Positions 24,518 to 38,688 are shown, numbered from the stretch's first letter. The stretch is DNA of 64,000 nucleotides from Octopus sinensis (GCF_006345805.1 NC_043021.1:18786001-18850000), one strand, 5' to 3'. Numbers and translations: made by a program. The notes: a model not told the origin generated them from the sequence alone.

Positions 24518-25563
24518 TAGGGTGTGTTGAATAAACTATTGTCTAAATTACGCAAAAACAAAAATAACACTGACATCTCATTTTAAAAGATATATTTACC
24601 AAAATTACATAAAAATATCTTGAAGTACTAAAGAGTAAATTTATTTAATAAAATTGCCATTGGCTTCAGCCACAGACTCCAGATGACTTCAGAATCTCCT
24701 GCAACTCTTCTGGATGGTCTCCTTGTTTAAGTTGGTGAATGTTGCCATAATCCTTGCCTTCAGTTCATCTTTGGTGTTACAAGGAGTTTTTACTGGTCTC
24801 ACACTCAGTTGTGCCCCACACATAATAATCAAGAGGGTTGCAGACTGGGGAGTTTGGTGGCCAGATGCTAGGGGTGATGTGATCACAGAAATTGTCCGGC
24901 AGCCACGACTGGGTTCTCCTGCTTGTATTGCAAGGTGCTGTATCCTGTTGCCAGACATAGGACCTTCCAGAAGCCATCCACCGCCTTTAGTTGAGCACAT
25001 CGACTCCAGGACTTATTCTTTGTAAGCCTAGTACTTATTCTATTGGTTTCTTTTGCTGAACCACTAAGTTACGGGGACGTAAGGACACCAGCATCGGTTG
25101 TCAAGCTATGTTGGGGGACAAACACACACACACAAACATACACACATATATACGATGGGCTTCTTTTAGTTTCCGTTTGCCAAATCCAATCACAAGGCTT
25201 TGGTTGGCCTGAGGCTATAGAAGACACTGGATCACAACTCATTTCTTCAGGCACTTGATATAGGCCTCCGTGTTGAGTCTGGGACCATGTGGGAAGATGA
25301 ATGGAGGCATAATGTCACCATCACTAGTGATCACTCCAAAGACCCTGATGTTCATTGAATGTCTGATTTTTATCACACTCTGTACATTTTGGGGACACAG
25401 CAAGTCCTCCGATTGACACCCAATAGTTTTGAAATGTTCATATAGAAGGTTCTGGCACGAATGCCAAGCAGTAGAGCATGTTGTTTCCAAATTTCTGGCA
25501 GAGTGAATTGCGTTATGGTGGTGTTTTTCTTACAGACAGTGTCCAACTGACCCTACTATACTG
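24518..25563 (-). mobile_element. maT / DD37D Tc1-mariner relic with a SINE-A inserted (about 24977-25225)
   Basis: VFGVITSDGDIMPPFIFPHG, and WQQD..WPPNSPVCNPLDYYVWG with 37 residues between the 2nd and 3rd catalytic D. Confidence 0.85.
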
Positions 25564-25565
25564 TG

Positions 25566-26233
25566 TACTCTTTACTCTTTTACTTGTTTCAGTCATTTGA
25601 CTGTAGCCATGCTGGAGCACCGCCTTTTAGTTGAGCACATCGACTCCAGGGCTTATTCTTTGTAAGCCTAGTACTTATTCTATTGGTCTCATTTGCCGAA
25701 CCACTAAGTTACTGGGACGTAAACACACCAGCATCGGTTGTCAAGCGATGTTGGGGGACAAACACAGACACACAAACATACACACACGCACACACACACA
25801 TATATATATATATATATAATGGGCTTCTTCTTTTTTCCATCTACCAAATCCACTCACAAGGCTTTGGTTGGCCTGAGGTTATAGAAGACACTTGCCCAAG
25901 GTGCCATGCAGTGGGACTGAACCTAGAACCATGCAGTTCGTAAGCAAGATACTTACCACACAGCCACTCCTAAAATCAAAAATAATATGAATGCGTGAAA
26001 TTAAAAAACATAACACGGCGACAATTTACCTATTGCACCCTGTATATTAGGAAGGGCATCCAGCCGTAGAAACACTGCCAGATCAGACTGGGCCTGGCAC
26101 AGCCTTCTGGCTTCCCAGACCCCAGTTGAACCGTCCAACCCATGCTAGCATGGAAAACGGACGTTAAACGATGATGATGATAAATCCTTAAAAATGTTTT
26201 AGCCCGAAGGCCACGGCCATGCTGGGGCACCAT

Positions 26234-26266
<33 letters not shown>

Positions 26267-26686
26267 TATAATGGGCTTCTTCTTTTTTCCATCTACCAAA
26301 TCCACTCACAAGGCTTTGGTTGGCCTGAGGTATAGAAGACACTTGCCCAAGGTGCCATGCAGTGGGACTGAACCTAGAACCATGCAGTTCGTAAGCAAGA
26401 TACTTACCACACAGCCACTCCTAAAATCAAAAATAATATGAATGCGTGAAATTAAAAAAACATAACACGGCGACAATTTACCTATTGCACCCTGTATATT
26501 AGGAAGGGCATCCAGCCGTAGAAACACTGCCAGATCAGACTGGGCCTGGCACAGCCTTCTGGCTTCCCAGACCCCAGTTGAACCGTCCAACCCATGCTAG
26601 CATGGAAAACGGACGTTAAACGATGATGATGATAAATCCTTAAAAATGTTTTAGCCCGAAGGCCACGGCCATGCTGGGGCACCATT
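25566..26686. repeat. SINE-A (-, 25566-25971) plus a ~450-bp direct duplication (25818-26235 / 26270-26686)
   Basis: Near-identical copies separated by (TA)n. Confidence 0.92.
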
Positions 26687-26693
26687 ATATATA

Positions 26694-26733
<40 letters not shown>

Positions 26734-27148
26734 AGATGACTAAAGACCAAGATATCTGGCACATTGCTGTACTCAAGATGGTCCATCTGCCATAGCAGAG
26801 TTGACAGTGGTGCTGATGCCACATAAAAAGCATCCAGTACACTTTGTGGAATGGTTGGCATTAGGAAGGGCATCCAGCTGTTGACACCATACCAAAACAG
26901 ACAATAGAGCCTGGTGCAGACCTTGGCCTTGTCAGCTCCTATCGAGTGTCCAACCCATGCCAGCATGGAAAATAGACGCTAAATTATGATAATGATGACG
27001 ATGATGTGTGTGTCTTTGTGTGTGTGTGTGTGTGCCATGACATCGAGTGATAGATATAAAAAATGGGTGTCACTGTCATTACAAGAAGTGTCGTTGATTT
27101 CTCGATATTCTGAAGGAACATATCTGGCCATGGGAAAAAATATTCCTT

Positions 27149-27572
27149 GGATCTTTTTGGTTTGAACAGCAGATTTTTCTAGCGGTGTCATTTGAAATTG
27201 TCACCCATAATTATGACCCTAGTATCGATCTATTGTATTTTAATCTGTTTTAGAGTTAGGGTTAGTTAGGGGTGGGGGGAAGGGTATGTTTTTTTTCTTC
27301 AGAAATGTAAATATACCCAATCTGTTTCTTAAACGAGGGATATTTTCATACAGCACAGAATATATTTTTTACCTCAATGGATGTCATTGATTGGTTGAAA
27401 TCGCAGAAATTGAAGAAAAAAAACAACAAATATCTTACAAACTATAGAATTTTCTCAATAAAGCCAAGAGAAAAAGATGTTTTATAAACATATTCTACCA
27501 GTATACGAAGTTTAAAATTTTTTAGTTACCTAGAAATTATGTTAAAAACTGCCGTTCAAACCGAAAAGATCC
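27149..27572. mobile_element. MITE with ~25-bp TIRs (GGATCTTTT(T/C)GGTTTGAAC(A/G)GCAG)
   Basis: Inverted termini read directly. Contains GTTAGGGTTAGTTAGGGG. TSD and superfamily not resolved. Confidence 0.7.
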
Positions 27573-27729
27573 TATTACTTTACTTGGGAGCTCGGAAACT
27601 GACGAGGATTGGCAACAGGAATGGCACCATCCAGCCATAGAAAATCTGCCTCGAAAGAACTCCGTCCGACCCATGCGAGCAAGGAAAAGTGGACGTTAAA
27701 TAATGCTGATGACGACGACAATGGTTTTC

Positions 27730-30700
27730 ATATTATTCCGAATATATAAAACCCCTTAAACATTTGAAGGACAAAGAAAAAAAAAACTGTTTCGTCTGAA
27801 TGAAATAACGGTCGTCACATGTTTGTAAGTGCTTGTGTGTGTGTGCGTGCGTATGTGTGCATCTACACAAACACACGCACATTAAAATTCCGAGCCGTTT
27901 TGTATACACATGCGTTCATTAAATGCCAGAAAGAGCAGCAAGCACTAATAACCTAACAACAGCCAATGCTGGTGTCACAACGACAATGATGTTCCGAACA
28001 AAACAAGGAATCTTTACTTGTTGATTCGTCGTAGATGGTTACACTGGAAGCGGAGTCTTTTATACTCCGCTTCTAACTCCCTTACTGCTCCTCTCTGCCT
28101 CTCTCGCCATCTGTATACACGCACATATACACGCACCGACCTACCTGCCTACCTATATGTATATATATATATATATACATACACACGTATATATGTGTGT
28201 GTATGCATGTATATATATATATATTACATACATACATACAGTTATGTTTAAAATTCTAAAATATTGACGCTCCTTCGTGCAATTATAGTTGGACACATAG
28301 ATGCGTTGACGAAGGGATGAGAGGAAATCTAGTTTAGACCAGAGTGCGTGTGTGTATATATATATATATATATATAATATATATATATTATATATATATT
28401 ATATATATATATGTGTGTGTGTGTGTATATATATATATAAATCAACCGTTTTCATGTCTAACATACCGATGCTAGTTCGGTGCTCTACCAGTGTCTTTGA
28501 CACATCTTCGCAGTCCGAAATAACACTCGCAAATATTTAGCAGCCACGAACATTTTTCGTGATAACAGCAACAACAACAACAACAACAATAATAATAAAT
28601 AGTAATAATAATAATAATAGTAGTAGTAGTAATAGTAGTTGTAATAATAATACAGTTAAAAATAAAACGTGACAGTAAAAACAGCTTACGAAGCTTCGAA
28701 GAAGAGAAAAAAAAAAGCTAACACTCCAGCATTATTAATAACAAACATTAAAAAACCAAACCAAAAACGGAACGGTTTCTATTGAAATTGCCAGGATATA
28801 CATAAAAAAAAACAAACAAACAAAAGAAAGGACAGAGGAATTCTTTAACACAACAGCATTTTTGTTCCAGCGGCCACCTTTCCCATCTATAAATTCTTGC
28901 AACCAACAGCTATCTTATACACGATACACTCATATATATAATATATACATATAATATATATATATATTATATATATAATAATATATATATAATATTATAT
29001 ATATATAGTATAATATATATATGATATAATATATATATATATATATAATATATAATATATATATATATATATGATATATAATATATATATATAATATATA
29101 ATATATATATATATATATAATATATAATAATATATATATATAATATATATATAATATATATATATATAATATAATACTATATATATGATATATAATATTA
29201 TATAATATAATACTATATATATATGATGAAGGATATCATAATTTCTCTTAAACGAATTGAGGAAAGCCTTTCGTCATTATATTTTTGAAATATATGATGT
29301 TATTTCCTTTGCTTCTTTCTCAAAGACATCTTTTACCATAATATCTTTCGTTTATTTTTGCTTCCATCATTACGTCCACTGCCTTCGCAGAATCTTTCTA
29401 GACTCATTTTTTTTTCTTCGTCGGTTCTGTGTCAAGGTTTACAGCGAGATTTTTTTTTCTCCAAAACCTACATTCTTGCAGGAATCTTGTGTATATTTGG
29501 ACATATATGAAATGGTTCTAGGTACGGGTGCCCCGTCTTCCTTCCAAAGCCTCACCCTGCGTCCACCCCAGCTAATTCAGCGCCACTGATTCTATTTTCT
29601 ATGACAAATTTTAAATCTACAAATATTCAATATTTTTTCTATTTGCATTGGATCCAAAAAATAAGAATTAAAAAATTGGTTAAAAGTGAAAAAATAAAGA
29701 AATGATAATATGTAATATTTTAGAATAATATTTAATTATATAATTACAGTTATAATAAATGTAATTATTTTTTCGTTGTTGAGAAATCAAGTTTAATTTA
29801 ATTCGGTATAGATTTTATAATATATATGTATTAAAAAAAATTAATTGAAATGTCCTGCTAGTTAAAATTCACAGCAGAAATCTTCGCTAAAGAATCGGTC
29901 ATTATGGAAAGTTCGAGATGGCATAATTCTACCTCTTAGATTTTTCTGTCCATTCTTATTCCTGATAGTAATTGGGCGGGTAAATTTATATAATTCTGTG
30001 CTAGAATCTAGACAAATAGAAATATATATAAATATATATATATAGATATATAGATAGATATATGTACAAAGATATATTTATAAATATATAATTACTGGTT
30101 GTAGCAGAAATTTTAGAGAAAATTAGATTGCCAATCTAGGCCTTTCAGTCAGTATTTGAGATAGACCTTGAATAAAAGTCTGTAGTCTCTGTGTAGTAGT
30201 ATATATTCCATCATCTTCCTCTTAATTTCGCCTTTTAGCAGAAACAGGGCGAAAATAATTAAAGACTTTCTTTTATTGTAAGAAATCAATTCTCTTAGCG
30301 TATGGAAGAAGGAATTAAGGGTTAAACGAAGCACATGTGCACTCACACATATTAATGTTCACCAACGTAATCTTCCATACTTCCAGCTAGTTCCAATATT
30401 TGGGGGGAGAGAGAAAGAAACAGAGAGGGGAAAGAGAGACAGAAGCTTTCTTATGTTCTACCATTCCGTCGATTTGGTGGAGTCGAACTGTCAATGCATA
30501 CACACATTGATATTGTATACGTAATTTCTAGGAGAAAGGTCTCCATTCGGGTGTGTAAAGGTGGCCCTGTCGACTGGGAAAAAAATCGGGGCTAGAGGGG
30601 GGACCTTTAGAGATATAAAAAAAATATGACAGAAAGGTCATTATGCTGATATCTCAAATCGGAGAACGATTGTTATCCCCTTTCGTCGACAATCGTATAT

Positions 30701-32185
30701 GTCCCTGTTTGTGTCATGGATCCAAACAGCTTCCATCTGAGCTGGCTCTAAATCTAATCAAAGAAGCAAGCATCTATTTTCTGTATTATCGACATTATTA
30801 TATATTCTGGAGAAATTTCTTGAAAATCTCCCTCGCGAAACGGAATTGTTTGTAACCTCGGGATATTCGTCTTTATATTTTATAATAATTGTTTATCTGT
30901 CGGATGCATCATTATTTCAAAACGAAGCTTGGAGGAAAATCTAAATTTATGAGAACTGAATTCAAATTATTTAAAAAGAAAAGAAATATTGAACGAAAGA
31001 GAAAAAAACTAAAAGAAAAAACAAACGGAGAACCACCTAAAAACAGTCTACCAAAATATTTCAAAAGCTAACCTTTCCTTAAATTTGTGAAACCTACAGA
31101 TATATTTAATACCATTATTACTTAATTATTGCTATTATTACTTATTATTGCTATTGTTATTATTATTATTACTTCAATTTGTTGTTGGATGTGATGTAAA
31201 TGGTTTTATTTTACAAGATATTTCTCTCTGATTTACCCCCCGCCCAAAAATTGAAGCTAATTAAAACATTGGTCTAAAAAGCTAACTAACCTCTTGTTAA
31301 CTATTAAGATCATTCGTGAAAAAAATATTTTTTCGTCCCGTTGGCTGTGAAGAGAGAAATAAGGAAGTAATCAGTGTCTACAGACTTACTGCTACACACA
31401 CACGCGCATACACAAAGATATATATACATATATATATAAAGATTATATATATATATAAAGATTTTATATATATATATATACGTGTGTGTGTGTTACGTTG
31501 GAGGTTATCGCTGAGCTGTGGTTTTATTAAAAACAAAAAAAAATTCGACTTTGGAGAGATGGAAGTAAGACCGCTAAAGAAGCAGTAACGATTTTTTTTT
31601 TAAGAATTGGAGGAATTTTATTTGCAGGAGTAAAATAACGGGCAAAGTGGTGACATAACTGAGAATATAAAATAGAAATTTCATGTAAATTTCACGAAAA
31701 ATCAAACCGGGAAGTGAGGGAGACGTAGAACAGTTGTCATTAACTTGCAAGTGCACGGAGAGAGAGAGAAGAAATATAGTAATTAGTATAAGGGAGGGAT
31801 AAATAATTGAGGTAGAGAGGGTGAGAGATAAAAGGGAGAAATGCGGGGAATGGTAAGAGGAAGTTGATGCAGTGTAGAAGTGGCAAAGTAGTAGTAGTAA
31901 AGTAGACGTCTGGAAGAGCGAGTAGATCGAGTGACGAAGGTGCAGGTGAAAAGGGAGAAGGAAGAGGTTACTAGGAGAAGAAGGGGAGAACTGAAAGTAG
32001 AGGTGAGAGGGGGAAAGAACATTGTTAGAGGAGCGAAGCAAAACAGAAAGTTTTTCCTTCTCTTTTTTTCCCCTCATTTTTCTCCCCCTTTTTTTTTCCA
32101 ATTTTTTCCCTAACTAACAATTAAGATCAAATCAAGGAACAAAGTAAGAAAGTCTACGAGAAAGAAGACAGAACAAACAGGCAAA
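27730..32185 (+). promoter_or_regulatory. Putative promoter / 5' leader region of the nPKC gene
   Basis: Unique sequence free of recognisable SINE/LINE copies, with visibly more CpG than the flanks, directly upstream of the ATG. TSS not locatable from sequence. Confidence 0.45.
28935..29225. repeat. Almost pure AT (TA/TAA) low-complexity tract
   Basis: Direct reading. Confidence 0.95.
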
Positions 32186-32512
32186 ATGGTCTACTTTAGT
32201 GGATCTCTCAAACTGATGGTGCTGGAAGCGAAAGATTTACGGCCAACGGACTTCGCGACCAGACACCAAATGAACAAGCTAACCCAAATAGACCCTTACA
32301 TTTCTATAGACATAGATGACGTCCTAATTGCCCGGACTCAGTCCAAATCAAAGACCAACAGACCGGTATGGAACGAAAATTTCCAGACAGAGGTGCACAA
32401 CGGCCAAATCATTGGACTAACAGTTTTCCACGATGCTGCAATACCTCCGGACGAATTTGTCGCTAATTGCTTTTTACCACTGGAGGAATTCAAGACGAAC
32501 CCCGACAGCTGG
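32186..32512 (+). CDS. PRKCE: First coding exon of a novel-class protein kinase C (PKC epsilon/eta; Aplysia Apl II-like), N-terminal C2 domain
   Basis: MVYFSGSLKLMVLEAKDLRPTDF...DPYISIDIDD...WNENFQTEVHNGQIIGLTVFHDAAIPPDEFVANCFLPLEEFKTNPDSW matches the nPKC C2 signature (LxVFHDAxIxxDxFVANC). Good start context (gcaaaATGG), in-frame stop 24 codons upstream. Perfect donor GTAAGT at 32513 after the Trp codon (109 codons, phase 0). Epsilon versus eta orthology cannot be resolved from this exon. Confidence 0.93.
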
Positions 32513-32769
32513 GTAAGTCAATTCTCTTCACATTATATTCCTAAAACATTACATCGATGCACATAAACACATACATGTGCATTTTTGTTGACTACATTTT
32601 ACAATTTTTAAAAATCTTTCATTTTTTTTTTCTTCCCCATTCCTTCTTTGTTTTTTCTCTTCTTTCTTTTATTCATTTTTTTTTTCCTTATCTTATATTC
32701 TTCATTCCATAATTTCATTCTCTGGGGCGAAAATGTCGCCAGATTCTTGCAGATTCTATTATTTTATTA

Positions 32770-32791
32770 CATAAATATACACATACATATC

Positions 32792-32822
<31 letters not shown>

Positions 32823-33988
32823 GTATGTATGTGTATATATAACTGATATCCCATAGTGGTTACCTCATAAACCCTATCTTACTTTGACATATATATATAT
32901 ATAGTGTATATGTATATATATATATTATGTATATATGTATATATATATATGTATGTATATATGTATATATATATATGTATGTATATATGTATATATATAT
33001 ATATATGTAGTATATATGTATATATATATATGTATGTATATATGTATATATATATATATGTATGTATATTGTATATATGTATATATATATATGTATGTAG
33101 ATATGTATATATATATATGTATGTATATATGTATATATATATATGTATGTATATATGTATATATATATATGTATGTATATATGTATAATATATGTATGTA
33201 TATATGTATATATATATATGTATGTATATGTATATATATGATATATATGTATGTATATATGTATATATATATATATATGTCTGTATATATGTATATATAT
33301 ATATATGTATGTATATATATATATATGTATGTATATATATATATGTATGTATATATGTATATATATCTATATGTATGTATATGTGTATATATATATATGT
33401 ATATATATTATATGTATGTATATATGTATGTATATATGTATATATATATATGTATGTATATATGTATATATTGTATGTATATATGTATAATATATAATAT
33501 GTATATATTTGTATATATATTTGTATATATTTTGTATATATATATGTATGTATATATTATGTATATGTATGTATATATGTATGTTATATGTCTGTATATA
33601 TGTATGTATATATATTGGAGAACTGATATCCCATAGTGGGTTACCTTCAGAACCCCTATCTTACTTTGTACTATATATATATATATATATATCTATATAT
33701 ATATATGTATGTATATTAAAGTTATTTGTTGATGATGCCTTGCTGTTCTTTCTCTCTGTTCTATTCTGTTCTCTTATAACATATTCTTCTGATTGTTGCT
33801 TCAAAGCCAAATCTATGTTTGGTGGTGCCGTTTGGATTTACAAGACGATATATCATCAGAATAGAAGAATGTAACAGAGAATAGTAGTTGCACAGTACAA
33901 GGGAATCGTGGATGCTGGTGTTTTCAGTTTGGCATTGATAGTCGGATAGCTGACGTAAACATGTAATTATAAGAGTGTGTGTGTGTGT

Positions 33989-34024
<36 letters not shown>

Positions 34025-34059
34025 TATATATATATACATACTACACACACCACACACAA

Positions 34060-34110
<51 letters not shown>

Positions 34111-34416
34111 ACACACACACACATACACATATATATAAGTATATATATATGTTCTCATAGGCAAAAAGGAATAATGAAATATGATTATGCGTTTTTCCGC
34201 GAATATGTGTGTATTTATGTAAATATACGTATGTGTATGTACAGATATATATATATACATGTATATATATATATATGTGTGTGTGTGTGTTTATTTAAAT
34301 GTATGTATATTTGTAACTGTTCATACATATGAATGAATGTATATATGTATATGTAAACAGATATGCTAGTATATCTATGTAATGTGTGTTTGGGTGCGCG
34401 TATATACGTCTCTCTG

Positions 34417-34489
<73 letters not shown>

Positions 34490-35054
34490 GCATATACATA
34501 TATAAGAATATGTATTTATGTGCGTGCGTGTGTACATAAATATATTTAAAGAGATGTATATCAATCTACATGCATGTGTGTGTGTGTGTGTGTACATATA
34601 TATTCGCTCATCTATACATTTATAAAATGTGTGTGTATATATATATATATATACACACGCGTATCTCTCTACGTAGATATATCTGTAATATGCTTTTGTG
34701 TTTACGTATATATCTATAACTACATATATCTATGTGTATATATGTATGTCTTTGTATGTTATATATGTATGTATGTACGTGTATATGTGTATGTCTATAT
34801 ATATTTGTATGTATGTATGTATATTATATATATATATATATATATATATTGCGCGTACATGTTTATATGTGTATGTATGTATGTATATATATACACACAC
34901 ATATGTATATGTTTATTATATACACATGTATGTATGTATGTGTGTGTATATATATATATATCTTTAAGTAATATGTAGGTATATGTTTGTGTAGAATTTC
35001 TATATGTATATATACCTACACACATATATGCATATTTAAGCATTTCTCTCTATA

Positions 35055-35094
<40 letters not shown>

Positions 35095-35220
35095 AATATA
35101 CACACACACACATACGTATACACATATACGTGCATTTACATTTATATATGTTTATGCATATATGTGTGTATTTATTTGTATCCATGTATATACTATCTAT
35201 ATAGAAGATATATATTTATA
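32770..35220. repeat. Long TA/TATG/TG microsatellite fields at the start of nPKC intron 1
   Basis: Direct reading; source of the MYIY-type ORFs. Confidence 0.9.
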
Positions 35221-35911
35221 CGTATATATTTCCACTGCATTACAAACGTTCACTTTACCACGCCTGCATGGGTTAGACGCAATTCGTCGAAGCAGATTTT
35301 TCTACGGATGTCCTTCCTTCCCGTTTGCTGTCCCTCACGCTTTTCCCCGGGAAGGTGATATTTCTGCGTGGCCAGACGTGGAACATTAGAAAAACGAACG
35401 GCACCTTTTGTGCAACGGTGATACTTGTTGTACAACTGTAGCATGATGTCAAGACAAGGACACACACACACACACACACACACACAATGGGCTTCTTTCA
35501 GCTCCCAGCTGCCAAGATCCCTTCAAAGTTTTCGTTAACCCAGGACTGTCATAAGAAATACATCTGCCCAAGGTACCTTGCAACAGGACAAAACCTGAAA
35601 CCGAATGGTAGCATAGTGAGCATCTTAACCATACATACATGCCATACATAATACATACATACACATATATGTATATACGTACATGTATGTATATATACAC
35701 TCATACACAAACATATGCATGCATACACATCTGTGTATAAATATGTCTCCCCACCTCTATATATATATGTGTATATAAATTTATACATACGTACTTATGT
35801 ATGTCTGTGTGTATGCATATATATATATATATATATATCTTTGGCTATACATATTTATGTATATATGCATATTTATTTATTTGTTACTTTTATATATATG
35901 TGTGTACATAC

Positions 35912-35942
<31 letters not shown>

Positions 35943-35949
35943 ATATATA

Positions 35950-36175
35950 TACCGGAGTGTAGAGTAAACACATAAATGTGAAACAAGGTGGAAAAAAGAG
36001 TACTCAAATACCGGGGGTAGAGTAATATGCTTTATTTAAAAGCAGCAGAAAATTCAACAAAACCTGTTACTCTGAGTTTCACGTTCCCGTTCGTCGGACA
36101 GTCCGACGAACAGGAACGTGAAACTCAGAGTAACAGGTTTTGTTGAATTTTCTGCTGCTTTTAAATAAAGCATAA
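35950..36175. mobile_element. Fold-back element with 73-bp arms around a 1-nt loop (36027-36173), each arm with a hammerhead-like motif
   Basis: Arms are reverse complements with 1 mismatch; homologous to 9470-9595 and 58337-58447. Confidence 0.8.
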
Positions 36176-36209
36176 ATATATATATGTATATATATATTAT
36201 ATATATATA

Positions 36210-36263
<54 letters not shown>

Positions 36264-36606
36264 CATTCGAAGCTCTTCGTATCCATAGATCACAGGGGGG
36301 GTTGGGGAAGGCGAATGATAATCCCTTAAGTGGCCACGTAAACCACTCCTTGAAGGATAGGCTCAGGGGCACTTGGTGCAGATATGTAGGATCTGGTCAA
36401 ATGGAGTTTTTGTGATGGTGACTCTTCCCTTCCTCAGTGCTTCTCATCCACTGCTGGTGTTCTGGCCTTCTCAAAGATGCTTGCGGATGTCTGGATGCTG
36501 TTTCACCTCACTAACCTCTGTGCTGCCACTTACCTTCCACTCTGTGGAGACTGTCCCTGCCCAGGTAGGCTGGCATTTCGGATTGTCTTTGGCCAAAGAC
36601 CATGTA

Positions 36607-36995
36607 TATGTTGGCTGTGTGGTAAGAAGATTGCTTCCCAACCACATGATTCTGGGTTCAGTTTCACTGTGTGGCACCTTGGGCAAGTATCTGCTATAGC
36701 TGTGGGTTGCCCAAGGCTTTGTGAATGGATTTTGTTTACTGAAACTGAAAGAAGCCTGTCATATGTGTATGTGTGTGTGTATGTGTGTGTTTTTAAGGTC
36801 TGTATTTAAACCCCTTCACCTCACTGCTTGAAAACCAGTGTTGGTCTGTTTGCGTTCATGTAACTTAGCGGTTCATCAAAAGAGTCCAACAGAATAAGTA
36901 CCAGGTACTGAGGTCAATTCATTTGACTAGAAATTCTTCAGGAGGTTGCTCCAGCTTGGCTGCAGTCTAATGACTGGAACAATTAAAAGACAAAA
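36607..36995 (+). mobile_element. SINE-A, diverged
   Basis: Homology to the other copies. Confidence 0.8.
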
Positions 36996-37139
36996 GGAAA
37001 GAGATATAGATATATTATATACATACATGCATATGCTCTCTCACACACACGTATACATATATACATATAACCCATGCCAGTATGGAAAACAGATGTTAAA
37101 GGATGATGATACACATATATGAACATATATATGTGCGTG

Positions 37140-38040
37140 TGTTTATATATTAGATAATGTATGTATATATTATGTATGTATGTATATTGTATGTAGTTGT
37201 ATGTATATATGTATGTAGGTATGTATATATATGTATATATATCTATGTATGATAGGTATGTATGTATATATATGTATATATATATATGTATGGTAGGTAT
37301 GTATGTATATTATGTATGTATATATGTATGTATATATGTATATATGTATGTATATAATGTATGTATATATATATATTGTATGTATATATGTGTATGATAT
37401 TGTAGGTTGTTATATGTATGTATGTAATATATGTAGCATGGTATTATATGTATGTATATATGTATGTATATATGTCTGTATGTATATAGTGTATATATGT
37501 ATGTATATAGTATGTATATATGTATGTATATAGTATGTATGTATATGTTAAGTATGTATGTATCTATGTATGTTATACGTATGTTATGTATATATGATGA
37601 TATACGTATCTATATATATATATGTATATATATACGTATGATGTATATATATATGGTATATACGTATGTATATATATGTATGTATGTCTAATATATGTAT
37701 GTATGTATATATATTATATATCGTATGTATGTATATATATATGTATGTATGGATGTATGTATATATATATGATGTATGTATGTATGTATGTATGTATGTA
37801 TGTATTATATATGTATGTATGTATGGATATGTATGTATGTATGTATATTAGATATTGTATGTATGTATGTATGTATATATATATATGTATGTATGTATAT
37901 AATATATATAATATGTATATATATATATATATATATTGTATGTATGTATGTATGTATATATTTATGTATGTATGTATGTATATATTTATGTATGTATGTA
38001 TGTATATATTTATGTATGTATGTATATATGTATGTATGTA
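37140..38040. repeat. TATG/TA microsatellite field
   Basis: Direct reading. Confidence 0.95.
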
Positions 38041-38420
38041 TTTGCCAGCCTCGCCTGGCCTCTGTGCTGGTGGCACATAAAAAGCACCATCCGATCGTTG
38101 CCAACCTCGTCTGGCACCTGTGCCGGTGGCACGTAAAAAGCACCCATTACACTCATGGAGTGGTTGGCGTTAGGAAGGGCATCCAGCCGTAGAAACATTG
38201 CCAGATCAGACTGGGCCTGGTGCAGCCTTCTGGCTTCACAGACCCCAGTTGAACCGTCCAACCCATGCTAGCATGGAAAGCGGACGCTAAATGATGATGA
38301 TGATGTATATATATATGTATATATATATGTATATATATATATGTATATATATGTATGTATATATGTATATATATATATGTATGTATATATATATATGTAT
38401 GTATATATATATATGTATGT

Positions 38421-38454
<34 letters not shown>

Positions 38455-38651
38455 GTATATATGTATATATATGTATGTATGTATATATGTGTATGTATGT
38501 ATATATGTATATGTATGTATATATGTATATATATATGTATGTATGTATATTGTATATATATGTATGTATGTATATATGTATATATATGTATGTATATATG
38601 TATATATATGTATGTATGTATATTGTATATATATGTATGTATGTATATATG

Positions 38652-38688
<37 letters not shown>

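Noticed and set aside
29257-32113. 60-175 aa ORFs upstream of the PKC exon
   Set aside because: Low-complexity or compositionally biased, no recognisable domains, no splice support.
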